A DNA stretch of 64,000 bases, taken from the NCBI GenBank assembly GCA_963789265.1, contig CAWBKB010000001.1, forward strand, positions 256,001-320,000, read 5' to 3'. Origin of the DNA: an uncultured delta proteobacterium. Lineage in GTDB: Bacteria > Desulfobacterota > Desulfomonilia > Desulfomonilales > Desulfomonilaceae. The position numbers and the translations under genes are program-made. The notes below the pieces were generated by a model. That model was not told where the DNA came from. It searched no databases and saw only the letters and a list, made by a program, of their open reading frames with translations. Each line of letters begins with the position of its first letter. The stretch's first letter is position 1. This document shows, in pieces, positions 51,893 to 62,894 of this stretch.

Positions 51893-53056
51893 ATGAATCT
51901 TCACGAATATCAATCCAAAGAGTTGTTGGCCGAGCAGGGGGTGACCATTCCAAGGGGCTCGCTCTGCTACGATCCTCTCGAGGCGCTGATCGCGGCTCGA
52001 GAGTTAAAGAGCGACACGGTGGTGCTCAAGGCCCAGGTTCATTCCGGTGGCAGGGGCAAAGCCGGGGGTGTGGCAGTCGTTTCCATGGATGAGGACATTC
52101 GCGCCGCGGCCGCCCGGATTCTGAGCCAGAGGCTCGTCACCAACCAAACCGGCCCCCAGGGTAAACCTGTCAGTGCCCTCCTGGTGGAAGAAGCGCTTCC
52201 CATTGACCGGGAGATGTATCTCGGGGTCGTGCTGGATAGGAAAACCGGGCGAGTGACAATCATGGCCAGTCTTGCGGGCGGAGTGGAGATTGAAGCGCTG
52301 GCGAATGAATCTCCGGAGAAAATCTTCACGATAAGCGTGCATCCTCTGAGGGGGCTTTCCCCGTTCCAAGCGAGGGGCATGGCGTATCGGCTTTCCAACA
52401 CTAAGGCCGTGGCGACGCAAATCACAAAAATCATTACTGTCCTCTACCGGATCTTCGTGGAGTACGATTGTTCCCTGGTTGAAATTAATCCCCTGATCAT
52501 TTCGGGCGACCGCGTCCTCGCGCTGGATGCGAAGATCAACCTGGATGACCATTCGCTTTTCCGACACCCCGAGATGGAGCGTTTGCGCGACAGGTCGCAG
52601 GAAGACCTGCTCGAATTGTCGGCTCGAAAGGACGGGTTGAGTTACATAAGGCTCAGCGGCAACATCGGATGCATAGTTAACGGGGCGGGTCTGGCAATGG
52701 CAACGCTTGATCTCATATCGCTTCACGGAGGGACTCCGGCCAATTTTCTGGATGTTGGCGGCGGAGCCAGCGAGCAAGCAGTGGCCGATGCCATGAGCAT
52801 TCTCCTGGACGATTCCAATGTGAAGGCGATATTCATCAACATCTTCGGAGGAATACTCCGCTGCGACGTGCTGGCCCGCGGCGTCATCAAGGCCATTAAG
52901 CAGCGTGGTACTGCGCTGCCGGTGATAGCTCGGCTCGAAGGGACAAACATCGAAGAAGGGCGTTCCCTGTTTGAAGAATCCGGCCTCCCGATAGAAATGA
53001 TTCAATCGCTGAACGACGCGGCCAAACTCGTCGTGGAAAAGGCCGCTTCTGCGTAA
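51893..53056 (+). CDS. sucC: Succinate--CoA ligase beta subunit
   Basis: MNLHEYQSK, GGRGKAGG, EINP, NGAGLAM, NFLDVGG. Confidence 0.95.
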   Translation: MNLHEYQSKELLAEQGVTIPRGSLCYDPLEALIAARELKSDTVVLKAQVHSGGRGKAGGVAVVSMDEDIRAAAARILSQRLVTNQTGPQGKPVSALLVEEALPIDREMYLGVVLDRKTGRVTIMASLAGGVEIEALANESPEKIFTISVHPLRGLSPFQARGMAYRLSNTKAVATQITKIITVLYRIFVEYDCSLVEINPLIISGDRVLALDAKINLDDHSLFRHPEMERLRDRSQEDLLELSARKDGLSYIRLSGNIGCIVNGAGLAMATLDLISLHGGTPANFLDVGGGASEQAVADAMSILLDDSNVKAIFINIFGGILRCDVLARGVIKAIKQRGTALPVIARLEGTNIEEGRSLFEESGLPIEMIQSLNDAAKLVVEKAASA

Positions 53057-53309
53057 CGGGGTTCCACAAATTTTGCTTGCTCTGAAAGCAGGCTGGTTTC
53101 TAATCATGCGAATCGGTTGGCAGCAAAACCGCACTGACCTGACGCCCGGGATGGGGCTCAGGTCAGTGGCACCCGGCATCGGGTCATCATGGAGTCCCGG
53201 GTGCCATCCCGCGTCTCGCGGGAGGCTTTGTCGGATCCTTGCTGGATTTACCGAATTTTACATTGTTTAGCCGCCGATCTGATATGAGTCTCTCCCACGG
53301 AGAATTGAA

Positions 53310-54203
53310 ATGGCAATCCTGGTCAACAGAGAATCCCGGGTAATATGTCAGGGTATAACCGGGCGTAATGGGACTTTTCATTCTTTGGCCTGCCGGGAAT
53401 ACGGCACCAACATGGTCGGTGGTGTCACACCCGGCAAAGGCGGAGAGACAGTGGACGGCATCCCTGTCTTCAACACCGTCTCTGATGCGGTGAAAGAGAC
53501 CGGCGCCGACGTGTCGCTGATCTTCGTGCCGGCCGCGTACGCGAAGGACCCTATCCTTGAGGCGGTGGACGCGGGGATTCGCGTCATCGTCTGCATAACC
53601 GAGGGTATACCGCCCCTTGACACGGCATCGGCCCTCCACACTGTTCGTGAGGAGGGGAGATGGCTTATCGGCCCCAACACTCCCGGGATTATATCGCCAA
53701 AAGAGAAGTGCAAAGTCGGCATCATGCCGGGTTACATTCCTAAGCCGGGTCCTGTAGGGGTTATTTCACGCTCCGGCACCCTCACCTATGAAGTGGTCGA
53801 TCAACTCACCAAGAACGGGGTCGGGCAGAGTACATGCATGGGCCTCGGCGGAGACCCGGTCGTCGGTATGAGCTTTATTGATGCGCTGAAAATGTTTCGC
53901 GAAGACCCTGAGACCGAAGCGGTAGTCCTGATCGGTGAGATAGGAGGCTCTGCTGAAGAACAAGCCGCGGAGTTCATCAAAAACGAGTTCGATAAGCCCG
54001 TAGTAGCCTATGTTGCCGGACGGCTTGCACCTCCGGGAAAACGCATGGGGCATGCCGGCGCGATCATATCCGGGGGATCGGGAACAGCTCAGGGGAAGAT
54101 TAAAGCGCTCACCGAGGCGGGTGTGACCGTGGTTGATAATCTGACCCAGGTTGGAGCCGCGGCCAGACAAGCGCTTAAGGAACCGGGATCCTCAAGAATG
54201 TAG
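53310..54203 (+). CDS. sucD: Succinate--CoA ligase alpha subunit
   Basis: [30 protein letters not shown]. Confidence 0.95.
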   Translation: MAILVNRESRVICQGITGRNGTFHSLACREYGTNMVGGVTPGKGGETVDGIPVFNTVSDAVKETGADVSLIFVPAAYAKDPILEAVDAGIRVIVCITEGIPPLDTASALHTVREEGRWLIGPNTPGIISPKEKCKVGIMPGYIPKPGPVGVISRSGTLTYEVVDQLTKNGVGQSTCMGLGGDPVVGMSFIDALKMFREDPETEAVVLIGEIGGSAEEQAAEFIKNEFDKPVVAYVAGRLAPPGKRMGHAGAIISGGSGTAQGKIKALTEAGVTVVDNLTQVGAAARQALKEPGSSRM

Positions 54204-54219
54204 GGAAGAGGAGACGTAA

Positions 54220-55774
54220 ATGTCCGTGATGGAAGAGAAATTCGAGGAATTAAGTCGGAGACTGGCAGAATCCGATCAGGCAGGCGGCCCGGAAAAGGTT
54301 TCGAAGCAGCATCAGGCTGGGAAGATGACGGCAAGAGAGCGGGTCCTGGAGCTTCTCGACGACGGCTCATTCGAAGAGATAGACAAATTTGTTGCCCATC
54401 GCTGCACCGATTTTGGCATGGCCAAGACTCAGATCCCCGGGGAAGGCGTGGTGACGGGCTTCGGTAGAATCAACGGCCGCGGGGTGTACGTTTTTGCGCA
54501 GGATTTTACTGTGTTCGGCGGGAGCCTCTCCTTCACCCATGCCCAAAAGATATGCAAAGTCATGGACCTCGCGTACAGGAATGGTTTTCCCCTTATAGGC
54601 ATCAACGATTCAGGCGGCGCGCGCATCCAGGAGGGCGTTGAGAGCCTGGGCGGCTATGGGGAGGTCTTCTATCGCAATGTGCGTGCCTCGGGTGTGATCC
54701 CTCAGATTTCCGTGGTCATGGGACCGTGCGCGGGCGGTGCGGTTTATTCCCCCGCGGTTACTGACTTCATCTTTATGACGGAAAAGACCAGCTACATGTT
54801 CATCACCGGCCCTCAGGTGATCAAACAGGTGACAAGCGAGGAGATAGACCCCGAGAGTCTCGGTGGCGCCAAGGTGCACGGGCGGGTATCCGGTGTGTGC
54901 CACTTTCACTCCCCCACAGAAGCTGAAACACTGGCCAAGGTCAAGGAACTCGTCTCATTCCTTCCGGACAGCAACCGCGTCAGGCCCCCGGTAGTCCCGA
55001 ACGACGACCCCATTGATAGGCCGGTCCCTGAACTGGATTCCGCGATACCCGACAGCTCTCGCAAACCTTATGACATGAAAAAAGTGATAGTGCCCGTGCT
55101 GGACAATGGGCATTTTTTGGAAGTTCACGCCCATTACGCTCGCAACCTGATCACCGGCTTCGGCAGGCTTGCCGGGAGAACCGTCGGGATAGTGGCCAAT
55201 CAACCGAACTGGCTTGCCGGATGCCTGGACACCGAGGCTTCGGTAAAGTGCGCGCGTTTCGTGCGATTCTGCGATGCTTTCAATATTCCGCTCTGGACTC
55301 TGTTGGACGTGCCGGGGTACCTGCCGGGCACTCAGCAGGAGCACGGGGGAATCATCAAGCACGGCGCGAAGATACTCTATGCTTACGCGGAGGCAACGGT
55401 CCCCAAGGTGACCCTAATCACCCGGAAGGCTTATGGCGGGGCTTACGTGGTTATGTCCAGCAAGCACCTGCGCCGCGGACATCAACCTGGCCTATCCCTC
55501 TGCCGAGATCGCGGTCATGGGACCCGAGGGCGCAATACAGATCCTATTTCGTAAGGAGATCGCGCAAGCTCCGGACCCGACTGCCAGGCGAGCCGAGCTT
55601 ATTCAGGACTATGTGGAGAAGTTTGCGAGCCCGTATCGTGCCGCCCAGCTTGGCTTTGTGGACCGGGTGATCTTCCCGCGCGATACCCGCTCGGTTCTTA
55701 TCAAGGCATTCGCCCAATTGGAGAACAAAGTCGAAGAAAAGCCCAACCGCAGACACGGAAACATTCCCCTCTAG
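54220..55774 (+). CDS. pccB: Acyl-CoA carboxylase carboxyltransferase subunit (PccB/MmdA-like), frameshift near 55472
   Basis: [30 protein letters not shown]. Confidence 0.88.
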
Positions 55775-56020
55775 TGAGCGTCGGGCAGGGAGGCAAGATT
55801 TGCCGCGTAGTGCGCCGAGATAACAAGTGGTTTGGATACCAGCACATAGCCCACCGCAGAACGTGATTAGGCCGGCTATATTTCGGTGTCACAGACCTGA
55901 TAGCATTATGCCTCACTTGAGAGAAATTCAGAGAAGACAGAATCCTCTGCGATCTCTGCGACCTCCGCGGTGAACTATTTAATCTCTAGTTCAAGAGAGT
56001 TCGGCATTAAGGAATTGAGC

Positions 56021-56416
56021 ATGGAAAAGCGTATCAGGGTAGTTGTGGCCAAGCCCGGTCTTGACGGCCATGATAGAGGTGCCAAAGTAGTGGCCAGAGC
56101 TTTACGCGACGCGGGCATGGAGGTCATCTATACGGGATTGAGACAGACCCCCGAGGCAATCCTCCAGACTTGTGTGCAGGAAGATGCGGATGTATTGTGC
56201 CTCAGTTCCCTCTCCGGGGCCCACGACTATCTGTTCCCCAAGGTGGCCGAACTCTTCAAGGAGAAGGGGGTCGATGACGTGCTGATACTGGGAGGCGGCA
56301 TAATCCCGGAAGAAGATGTCCCAAAGCTCAAACAAAGCGGCATTGAAGCTATCTTCGGACCGGGTACCCGTACCGACGACATAGTGGAATACATCCGAAC
56401 CCATCTCAAAAAATGA
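56021..56416 (+). CDS. Cobalamin-binding subunit of methylmalonyl-CoA mutase
   Basis: [27 protein letters not shown]. Confidence 0.92.
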   Translation: MEKRIRVVVAKPGLDGHDRGAKVVARALRDAGMEVIYTGLRQTPEAILQTCVQEDADVLCLSSLSGAHDYLFPKVAELFKEKGVDDVLILGGGIIPEEDVPKLKQSGIEAIFGPGTRTDDIVEYIRTHLKK

Positions 56417-56691
56417 ATCGCTCCGTACGCCGGATTTAGTAGGGTGGTCCCGCGAAGCGCGGGATTGCCCGCCTCACAGAAGGGTCGGCATCTTGCCCGC
56501 CACCACAGTAGGGTGGGCATCCTGCCCGCCGATTGACCTGGCCACCTGCCCTTCAGTTGAGAATCGACGGGCGGGACGCTCATCCTACCGGTCCGATGCC
56601 GACCCCCGGTATTGTGTCCTTTTGTATGCTGCGATACGTTGGTACTACTGATATCAATGCGCCGTCAAAAAGATGACAATCCTAGACAGTA

Positions 56692-56800
56692 TATGGTGGG
56701 GCCGGCATTCTGCCTGTCCCACGTTCCGCGGGATCACGCCGGATTCCGATCCGGTCTATGTAGGGGCGGACACATGGGTCTGCCCCTACAATTGATTCCC
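56692..56800 (-). repeat. REP-like composite repeat; uninterrupted (empty-site) version of the MITE host at 18355-18668
   Basis: Reverse complement matches both MITE flanks with a single GGATCGGAATCC (56741-56752). Confidence 0.85.
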
Positions 56801-56962
56801 GCGTACACGAGCACGACGACAGGCAATCACGCCCGGGCGTGATTGTCCCACCATAAACACAGTGTCACTTGCTTGAAAGCGAATCGGCAAAACAGGCGGC
56901 GCCGATCTCGTAGAGGCACGGCGTCAAGCGCCCTCGGGAACTTTCATTGTGGAGTATGTTTT

Positions 56963-57844
56963 ATGGAACAGACTTTTGGACCGATACGGTTCATATCAGG
57001 TAAGAATTCAGGGAAGTATCCGCACTGCCACTCACTATACGTTGAGGCTCAGCAGAAGATCCTTATTGACCCTGCTTCCGACCGAAGCAAACTGGCCGAG
57101 CTTCGTGAAGGACCCGGAGTGGATGTCATCTGGTTGTCTCACTGGCACGAAGATCATTCCATGGATCTCGATCTCTTTGATGACAAGGATCTGTGGATTT
57201 CAGAAGGGGACGCTCCTCCGCTGGCAAGCTTGGACGCGTTCTTTGACGCGTACGGCATGACCGCGGACGAACGGCGGTCCTGGGAGCCGATCATGGCGCA
57301 ATCATTCCACTTCAAGCCACGTAAACCTGACCGGCTGTTGCAGGGACAACAGACAGTGGATTTGGGTGGGGTCGCCGTTGAGGTGATCCCTGCGCCGGGT
57401 CACACCCCCGGACATTGCGCACTCCTATTTCCGGGACAAGACCTACTATTCATGGGTGACTATGATTTGTCCAATTTTGGACCCTGGTACGGCGACCGAG
57501 ATTCAGACATAGACGAGGTCATAGCATCGGTGAATCATCTCCGGAGTATTTCTGCGCGAGTATGGGTGACAGCTCATGAACAGGGAGTCTTCCAAGACGA
57601 GCCGGGTGAGCTTTGGGATCGGTACCTCCAGGTCATCGATCGCCGCGATGAGAAGCTGCTTGACCTGCTAAAGGAGCCACGGACAATGTCCGAGATCGTC
57701 GACGCACGAATTATATACAGCCGGAAACGCGCACCTGCGGAGTTCTATGACTTCGGCGAGCGAGCCCTCATGGGAAAGCATCTCCAGCGGCTCATGAAAA
57801 ATGGGGCAGTTGTATTAGACGGCTCCACGTACTGTCTTGTTTAG
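56963..57844 (+). CDS. MBL-fold metallo-hydrolase
   Basis: SHWHEDH, PGHTPGH, GD.DL..FGPWYG. Confidence 0.9.
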   Translation: MEQTFGPIRFISGKNSGKYPHCHSLYVEAQQKILIDPASDRSKLAELREGPGVDVIWLSHWHEDHSMDLDLFDDKDLWISEGDAPPLASLDAFFDAYGMTADERRSWEPIMAQSFHFKPRKPDRLLQGQQTVDLGGVAVEVIPAPGHTPGHCALLFPGQDLLFMGDYDLSNFGPWYGDRDSDIDEVIASVNHLRSISARVWVTAHEQGVFQDEPGELWDRYLQVIDRRDEKLLDLLKEPRTMSEIVDARIIYSRKRAPAEFYDFGERALMGKHLQRLMKNGAVVLDGSTYCLV

Positions 57845-58065
57845 GGGAGCGGATATGCTTGTTGTCAGGTACAAACGTGAGATAACGTGGTCCGGTCGAG
57901 ATCCGATGGAGCAAGGTCATCCCTCCTGAATTTCTCTGGTTCTCTCATACCAACTTCCACAAATAAGTAACAATCCTAGACAGGATTGGGCAGGCAGTCC
58001 CGCGTTCCGCGGGGTCATCCCGGACTGCGATCCGGGGTCCGGTCTGGGTGCCGCGTTCACGGGCT

Positions 58066-58131
58066 CGACACGTAGGGCCGGGTTTCAAACCCGCCCCTAC
58101 CAAAAACACGGTGTCATTTGCTTGAAAGCGA
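58066..58131. repeat. GTAG-type REP-like palindrome module
   Basis: GTAGGGCCGGGTTTCAAACCCGCCCCTAC plus a CACGGTGTCATTTGCTTGAAAGCGAA tail; reverse-related copies at 18264-18343 and 56855-56885. Confidence 0.7.
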
Positions 58132-58287
58132 ACTGGTCTCAAAGTTCCACCACAGCTTCAGATAATCCCGGAACCACTCCACCAGATCCGAATAATTCGC
58201 ACTTGATTTTTCCTCAAGTTTTTGATTAATAAGACCCAAGAGTAATTGCTGCTCTTTTTTAAAGGAGTTGCACTAAGGAGTAAAAGT

Positions 58288-58468
58288 ATGACTTTACAAC
58301 AGATTCGTCAGAAGGCCAGAAACGATGGGGGTGAAGAACATCACCCGGCACAAGAAGGACAGCCTGATCAAGGCTATCCAGGAGCAAGAGGGGAATGCGC
58401 CTTGCTTCAGGGGCATAGAGGACTGCTGGGAAGAAAGATGCCTCTGGAGAGAGGAATGCCAGGCCTGA
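58288..58468 (+). CDS. Small SAP/Rho-N-like protein with a Cys-rich tail, +1 frameshift near 58321
   Basis: Corrected reading MTLQQIRQKARTMGVKNITRHKKDSLIKAIQEQEGNAPCFRGIEDCWEERCLWREECQA; AAGGAG RBS. Confidence 0.75.
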
Positions 58469-58497
58469 CAGCCATTTGGTGGGGTTGGCCAGTGTTG

Positions 58498-58542
58498 GAC
58501 CGGCGCTTTTGGTTCGATGTTAATTGAACCAAAAGCGCCGGT
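58498..58542 (+). terminator. Strong hairpin after the small gene
   Basis: ACCGGCGCTTTTGGTTCGAT/ATTGAACCAAAAGCGCCGGT stem followed by TTGGTTTT. Confidence 0.6.
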
Positions 58543-58793
58543 TTGGTTTTACCTGGTCGGATAATTTATAGCAGTTGTCAGAAGTTTTGTCCGATTTGCG
58601 TCGCGTTTCGCGGGGTCACCCCGGACACCGATCCGGGGTCCAGTCTGTCCCGCGTTCCGCGGGACCACGTGCGCGAGAATCACGATAAAAAGCTCCGGAG
58701 GCCAAGTCTTCAAATGACAACGCTCCCGATAAACAAAAGGACATCTTTTTGGACAACTGATATAACCTTTGGTTATGAACCCAAAGTTCTGTG

Positions 58794-58820
58794 CGATTCA
58801 CCCCACGTGCGTGGGGCAAT
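58794..58820 (-). repeat. Solitary type I-E CRISPR-like repeat
   Basis: CGATTCACCCCACGTGCGTGGGGCAAT; one mismatch and two deletions relative to 63878-63906. Confidence 0.55.
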
Positions 58821-59204
58821 TGCGACTGAGCTCTTTGGAAACCTCGCCTGCAGTTCGACCACAACAGCCAGACATCTACCCAGCTTCAGGGCAACGAGCC
58901 CGAGATCTACGGCATGATTAATTGACACCTGTGGACAGGATGGAAGCGGCCACTGATGCGTTTTTGTCCCGGACCTAACCAGTGATGCTGAGTCCTGGAC
59001 GCCACTCGGACGGATCTCGGCCAATCTGGCCCAGGATGAATTCGAAAGAGTCACGGACTTGGCTCTAGCCTCTGCGGCAATCTCGCCGAGCGGCCGGGCA
59101 GGAATCATGACGAGATGTGATGACTACTACCATGTTGCTTTGTCGGCCCGCTCAAACAATTAGGAGGGCATCCCGGGCTTACTCAACAAAAATACCATTG
59201 GCTA

Positions 59205-59978
59205 TTACACACTCCGCGCTATTAGCGCAGCGCCCAGGGCTCCGACAATCTGCGGTTCGTCCGGGACGTTGATCGGAAGGTCGGTCCTGCGGCGGATCGT
59301 ATCGAGGACACCCACGTTTTTGGCGACGCCGCCGGTAAGGGTGAGTTCCGGTTCGGGGTGCATACGGTCCATCATAGCCAGCACGCGCAGACAGATGGCG
59401 GTATGTATCCCATTAAGGATGTCTTCCCGCGGGGTGCAGTGCGCGATCAAGGAGATCACTTCCGACTCCGCGAAGACCGTGCACGTGCTGCTTATAGCGA
59501 CCTCCCGCTCGGATTGAAGCGAAAGCGGTCCCATGCGGTCCAGGTCCACCTCCAGCGCTCTGGCCATGACTTCGAGGAATCGCCCGGTTCCTGCGGCGCA
59601 CTTGTCGTTCATTGCGAAGTCAATCACCTTCCCGTGACCGTCTAACTTAATCACCTTGCTGTCCTGCCCGCCGATATCGATGATTGTACGCGTGCCGGGA
59701 AACAGATGTGCAGCGCCCCTCGCGTGACACGTGATCTCGGTGACGGCCTTGTTAGCGCAAGGCAGGCTCGCGCGGCCGTACCCTGTTGCCACAATGCACC
59801 GTAGATTGGTACGCGGGATTCCCGCGCGCTCCAGCGCCCGATTCAGAGATCGCTCGCCCGCGACCCTGCTGTCCGCGCCGGTGGACGTCACGTCGAAGGC
59901 TTTGATTGCGCCACGGTCGTCGATGATGACCGTATCGGTGCTCAAGGATCCAATATCGACACCCGCGTAGAATCTCAT
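59205..59978 (-). CDS. Acyl-CoA dehydratase activase (HgdC/BcrAD-like ATPase)
   Basis: GVDIGS, ATGYGR, EITCH, DIGGQDSK, MNDKCAAGTGRF, CTVFAESE. Confidence 0.93.
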   Translation of the reverse strand: MRFYAGVDIGSLSTDTVIIDDRGAIKAFDVTSTGADSRVAGERSLNRALERAGIPRTNLRCIVATGYGRASLPCANKAVTEITCHARGAAHLFPGTRTIIDIGGQDSKVIKLDGHGKVIDFAMNDKCAAGTGRFLEVMARALEVDLDRMGPLSLQSEREVAISSTCTVFAESEVISLIAHCTPREDILNGIHTAICLRVLAMMDRMHPEPELTLTGGVAKNVGVLDTIRRRTDLPINVPDEPQIVGALGAALIARSV

Positions 59979-59987
59979 TCCTACCTG

Positions 59988-61241
59988 CTAGACGGTAAGT
60001 CCTCTTTGTTCGAGAAGCATTTCCATGAACGCGTCGATCCGCGTCTGGAATTGCGCGACCGAGAAGTTCCTGCTGTCCATGTGGTCCGCGTCGATGAACA
60101 CCGAGGGGATGCCCAACTCCGTTTCGAGCGCGCGTTTGATGTCCATCTGTCCGAGCGTGATCGGAACGCATGATTTGTTGCGGTGGAGCACCGCACCGTG
60201 GATTCCGTAATCTCTGCAAGCGGTGACTACCGCGTCGATGCGCTTCCGCACCGAAACGCACGACACTAGAGGGTAAGACTTTAGGCTCTTCACGGCCAAT
60301 GACTCCATCGGATTGTCCGGGTCCAAACGAAGTGACCACGTGGACGAGGACGTCTCCGCGACCACTACTCCGCCCATCTTCTCGAATGCGTTGAACAGCC
60401 CCATATTGTACCAGAGCGGGATGTTGTCCCAGAATAGCCTGAGTTTCTCCTCTTCGATCACCCCTATTCCGGAGAGAGCCCGTTGTTCGACCTCGTCACG
60501 CACCCTGGTAAGGAAATCCACAGCGGTCTGCGTGCCCTGCCTGGTGACCATGACGAACATAATCCCGATCTCCGCGGCTGAGAACGGCGTCGGCACGTGG
60601 CGTCTGAAGGCCATGATCTCGTCCCACAGCTCGCAGGCGCGATCGGACAGCCGCACCACCTCCTTCAGGCGGTCGTAGTCGAGTCTACGGTGGGTCGCTT
60701 CCTCGAGGAACTCTATCAATCGACGCAGTTCACTGATCGCGTATTCCACGTGATACGACTGGATATCTTCGATAGCGACCTGGGGCAGGTCAGCGCGAAA
60801 CACTCGAGCGTTGGGAAAGCGCCGCTCAAGCGCGTGAAAGATCTTCATCACCGGAATGCACCCGCCGCCGGGACTTATGAGCAAGTTGGGCTCCGGCAGC
60901 CCGCCCAACGGCGATCCAGGCTCGTTCATGGGCCCGTGCACGTATCCGACAATGTTCCGTAGGTACCCGCAGAGGTCGGGCGAATACCCCATGGCTTCCG
61001 CGACCTCGAAGTTCCTCGGCGCAAGTCCGAACGCAGCACAGATTGGCGACCAGTTCTCTGGAAATACCGGCTGGATGCCCATTGCGTAGAAGATCTCGAT
61101 GGCCCCGTTCATTGGAGGCATCCAACCAAGGAGTTTGCCTTGGCCGCTGGCCTCGGCGCACTCCAGGTAGTATTCACCGATCACCCGGTTGAGTTCCTTG
61201 GCAGCTCTCAGCCTCTTCCTGGACTTGCCTATCTTCTCCAT
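59988..61241 (-). CDS. 2-hydroxyacyl-CoA dehydratase subunit (HgdA/BcrB-like)
   Basis: PEN, GYSPDLCGY, KSC, D.DHMD.R...AQ..TRIDAF.E. Confidence 0.88.
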   Translation of the reverse strand: MEKIGKSRKRLRAAKELNRVIGEYYLECAEASGQGKLLGWMPPMNGAIEIFYAMGIQPVFPENWSPICAAFGLAPRNFEVAEAMGYSPDLCGYLRNIVGYVHGPMNEPGSPLGGLPEPNLLISPGGGCIPVMKIFHALERRFPNARVFRADLPQVAIEDIQSYHVEYAISELRRLIEFLEEATHRRLDYDRLKEVVRLSDRACELWDEIMAFRRHVPTPFSAAEIGIMFVMVTRQGTQTAVDFLTRVRDEVEQRALSGIGVIEEEKLRLFWDNIPLWYNMGLFNAFEKMGGVVVAETSSSTWSLRLDPDNPMESLAVKSLKSYPLVSCVSVRKRIDAVVTACRDYGIHGAVLHRNKSCVPITLGQMDIKRALETELGIPSVFIDADHMDSRNFSVAQFQTRIDAFMEMLLEQRGLTV

Positions 61242-61242
61242 G

Positions 61243-62356
61243 TCAGGCCCCCAGCATCTCGAAAAAAGCCTCGATGCGAGTTTTCAGTCTCCCTTCGTTG
61301 AGACCCGCTTCCTCCATTTCCAGAACCACGCTCGGGATGCCCTGCTCCCTGAGTCCTCTCATGAGCGCCGGAAGGTCCGCCAGGTGAGGCGTGCAGAATT
61401 TCTGAAGCAGGAAGATGACACCCCGCGCACCCGATTCGGCGACCACGCCAAGTAGTAGCTGGAGCCGCTCCTCGGCCCGGGACCTCGCCGGACACGGGAT
61501 GCGGCTAAAGGTACGATCCATGAGCCATTCCACAGGATCGGCGGCTCTATCCACGGGTGGCTGCACGCATCGAAATCCCGTACAGAGATCGTCCGCAGCG
61601 ATTCTCCCACCCGCAGCCTCGATGACTTCCAGAACTGCGGGCTCTTCGAGTACGCTTCCGGAAACGAGGTCCGGGTAGCCCTGGTCGCGCAGCGGCCATC
61701 GTCGAGACCTGATCCGTGAGGTCGTGTAGCATTAGGCGGTACTCCTCGGGCCACGTTACGAACCCCGCCAGTATGACAGAGAGCAACTCTGCAGCCGAGA
61801 GCCCGAGCCGGTTCTCCGCCCGGAGACGGAACAGCTCACGTATTGCCTCGCGCACATCCTCATAAAGATGAATCGACGCATCGAGCCTTTCTTCGGTGAA
61901 AGAACCCCCAATCAAGTTCAGCTTCTCAGCGACCTCCGCGAGTGCAGCTCGAAAGAAACGCCTGGCATCGGGGCTATCGTTATAAGGCAAAGGAATGGTG
62001 TGGAAAAGCGCACCCGGAAGGTTCTCCTGCCAGATGCGAACCAGTCCGCACGCGACGTCGCAGGTGTAGCCCTGCACGATGCCCGAGAGGTACGACCGGC
62101 CTCCGGCGAGAGCCTTGTCCAGGGCCATCCTCATGTACGGGCAGACAAAGGTAGGCACAAGCGAGTCAGCCTTAGTCACCGGTCCGCGACCGCCGAGGAT
62201 ACGCACAGGCAGAAAACCCGCAGCGTGGATCATCTCGACGGGCGTGTACGTGCAGAAATAGCCGATGATCTTTGTCCCCGCTAACGCGAGGTGATTGAGG
62301 CGCTCGTGACTTTGCTCGAGGGCTTTCACAAAGGGTTCGATCGCTGAGGCGGGCAT
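61243..62356 (-). CDS. 2-hydroxyacyl-CoA dehydratase subunit (HgdB/BcrC-like), frameshift near 61672
   Basis: GYFCTYTPVEMIHAAG, TCD, DDLCTG.R, KFC.PH, TRIEAF.E. Confidence 0.88.
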
Positions 62357-62504
62357 GGTATTCTCGTGAGGCGACGTCCACGTGGATGGAAACGAAAAAT
62401 GATCGCGGCCCGGTCAACATTTTCCTCCATCGTTTGATGGATACACTGCAAGATTACCCCGGTCGAGTCAAGGAAAGAAAAACGGAATCTTGCCGCGTGT
62501 TCAC

Positions 62505-62564
62505 GGGGTCCTCCACACGTGCGTGGAGAGGACAATCAATCTACGCCCCCGCGTGAGGGGCGAC
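62505..62564 (-). repeat. Degenerate I-E-like repeat abutting a I-C-like CRISPR repeat
   Basis: GGGGTCCTCCACACGTGCGTGGAGAGGAC then CAATCAATCTACGCCCCCGCGTGAGGGGCGAC (27/32 identical to 63935-63966). Confidence 0.6.
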
Positions 62565-62894
62565 TGACGACTACGCCCCTGTGGACAACCTCGTGGCCCG
62601 CATATTCGAGGTGCAATTCGGCTGCGACCGAAGGGATCAAGAAGACCCGCGCCCCTGGCGGGAGAGGGCAGGGTGAGGGGGAATTTTGAGCGAATCCTCG
62701 GCTCTTATTTTGAGGCCTATGCGCCGGCGCCCCTGGTATTTCCCTGTTTTCGCAATCTTCGGCCGACCCGCGAACATCTGCCCGGCTATTCCCGCACACT
62801 TTGCTCATATTTATCTTTACATGGCCTTCCAAACATGGGAAAATTTAAAAAGGGGATTCCATTTTTGTTTACAACACAAGAATAAGGAGGGGAC

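Noticed and set aside
52004..53179. 391-aa antisense ORF, and similar ones such as 23399-24328, 36332-37096 and 37922-38734
   Set aside because: Shadow ORFs on the opposite strand of well-supported genes.
58915..59163. Two in-frame TGAs followed by an open stretch, as a possible selenoprotein
   Set aside because: No recognisable protein motif, start/RBS or matching hairpin geometry.
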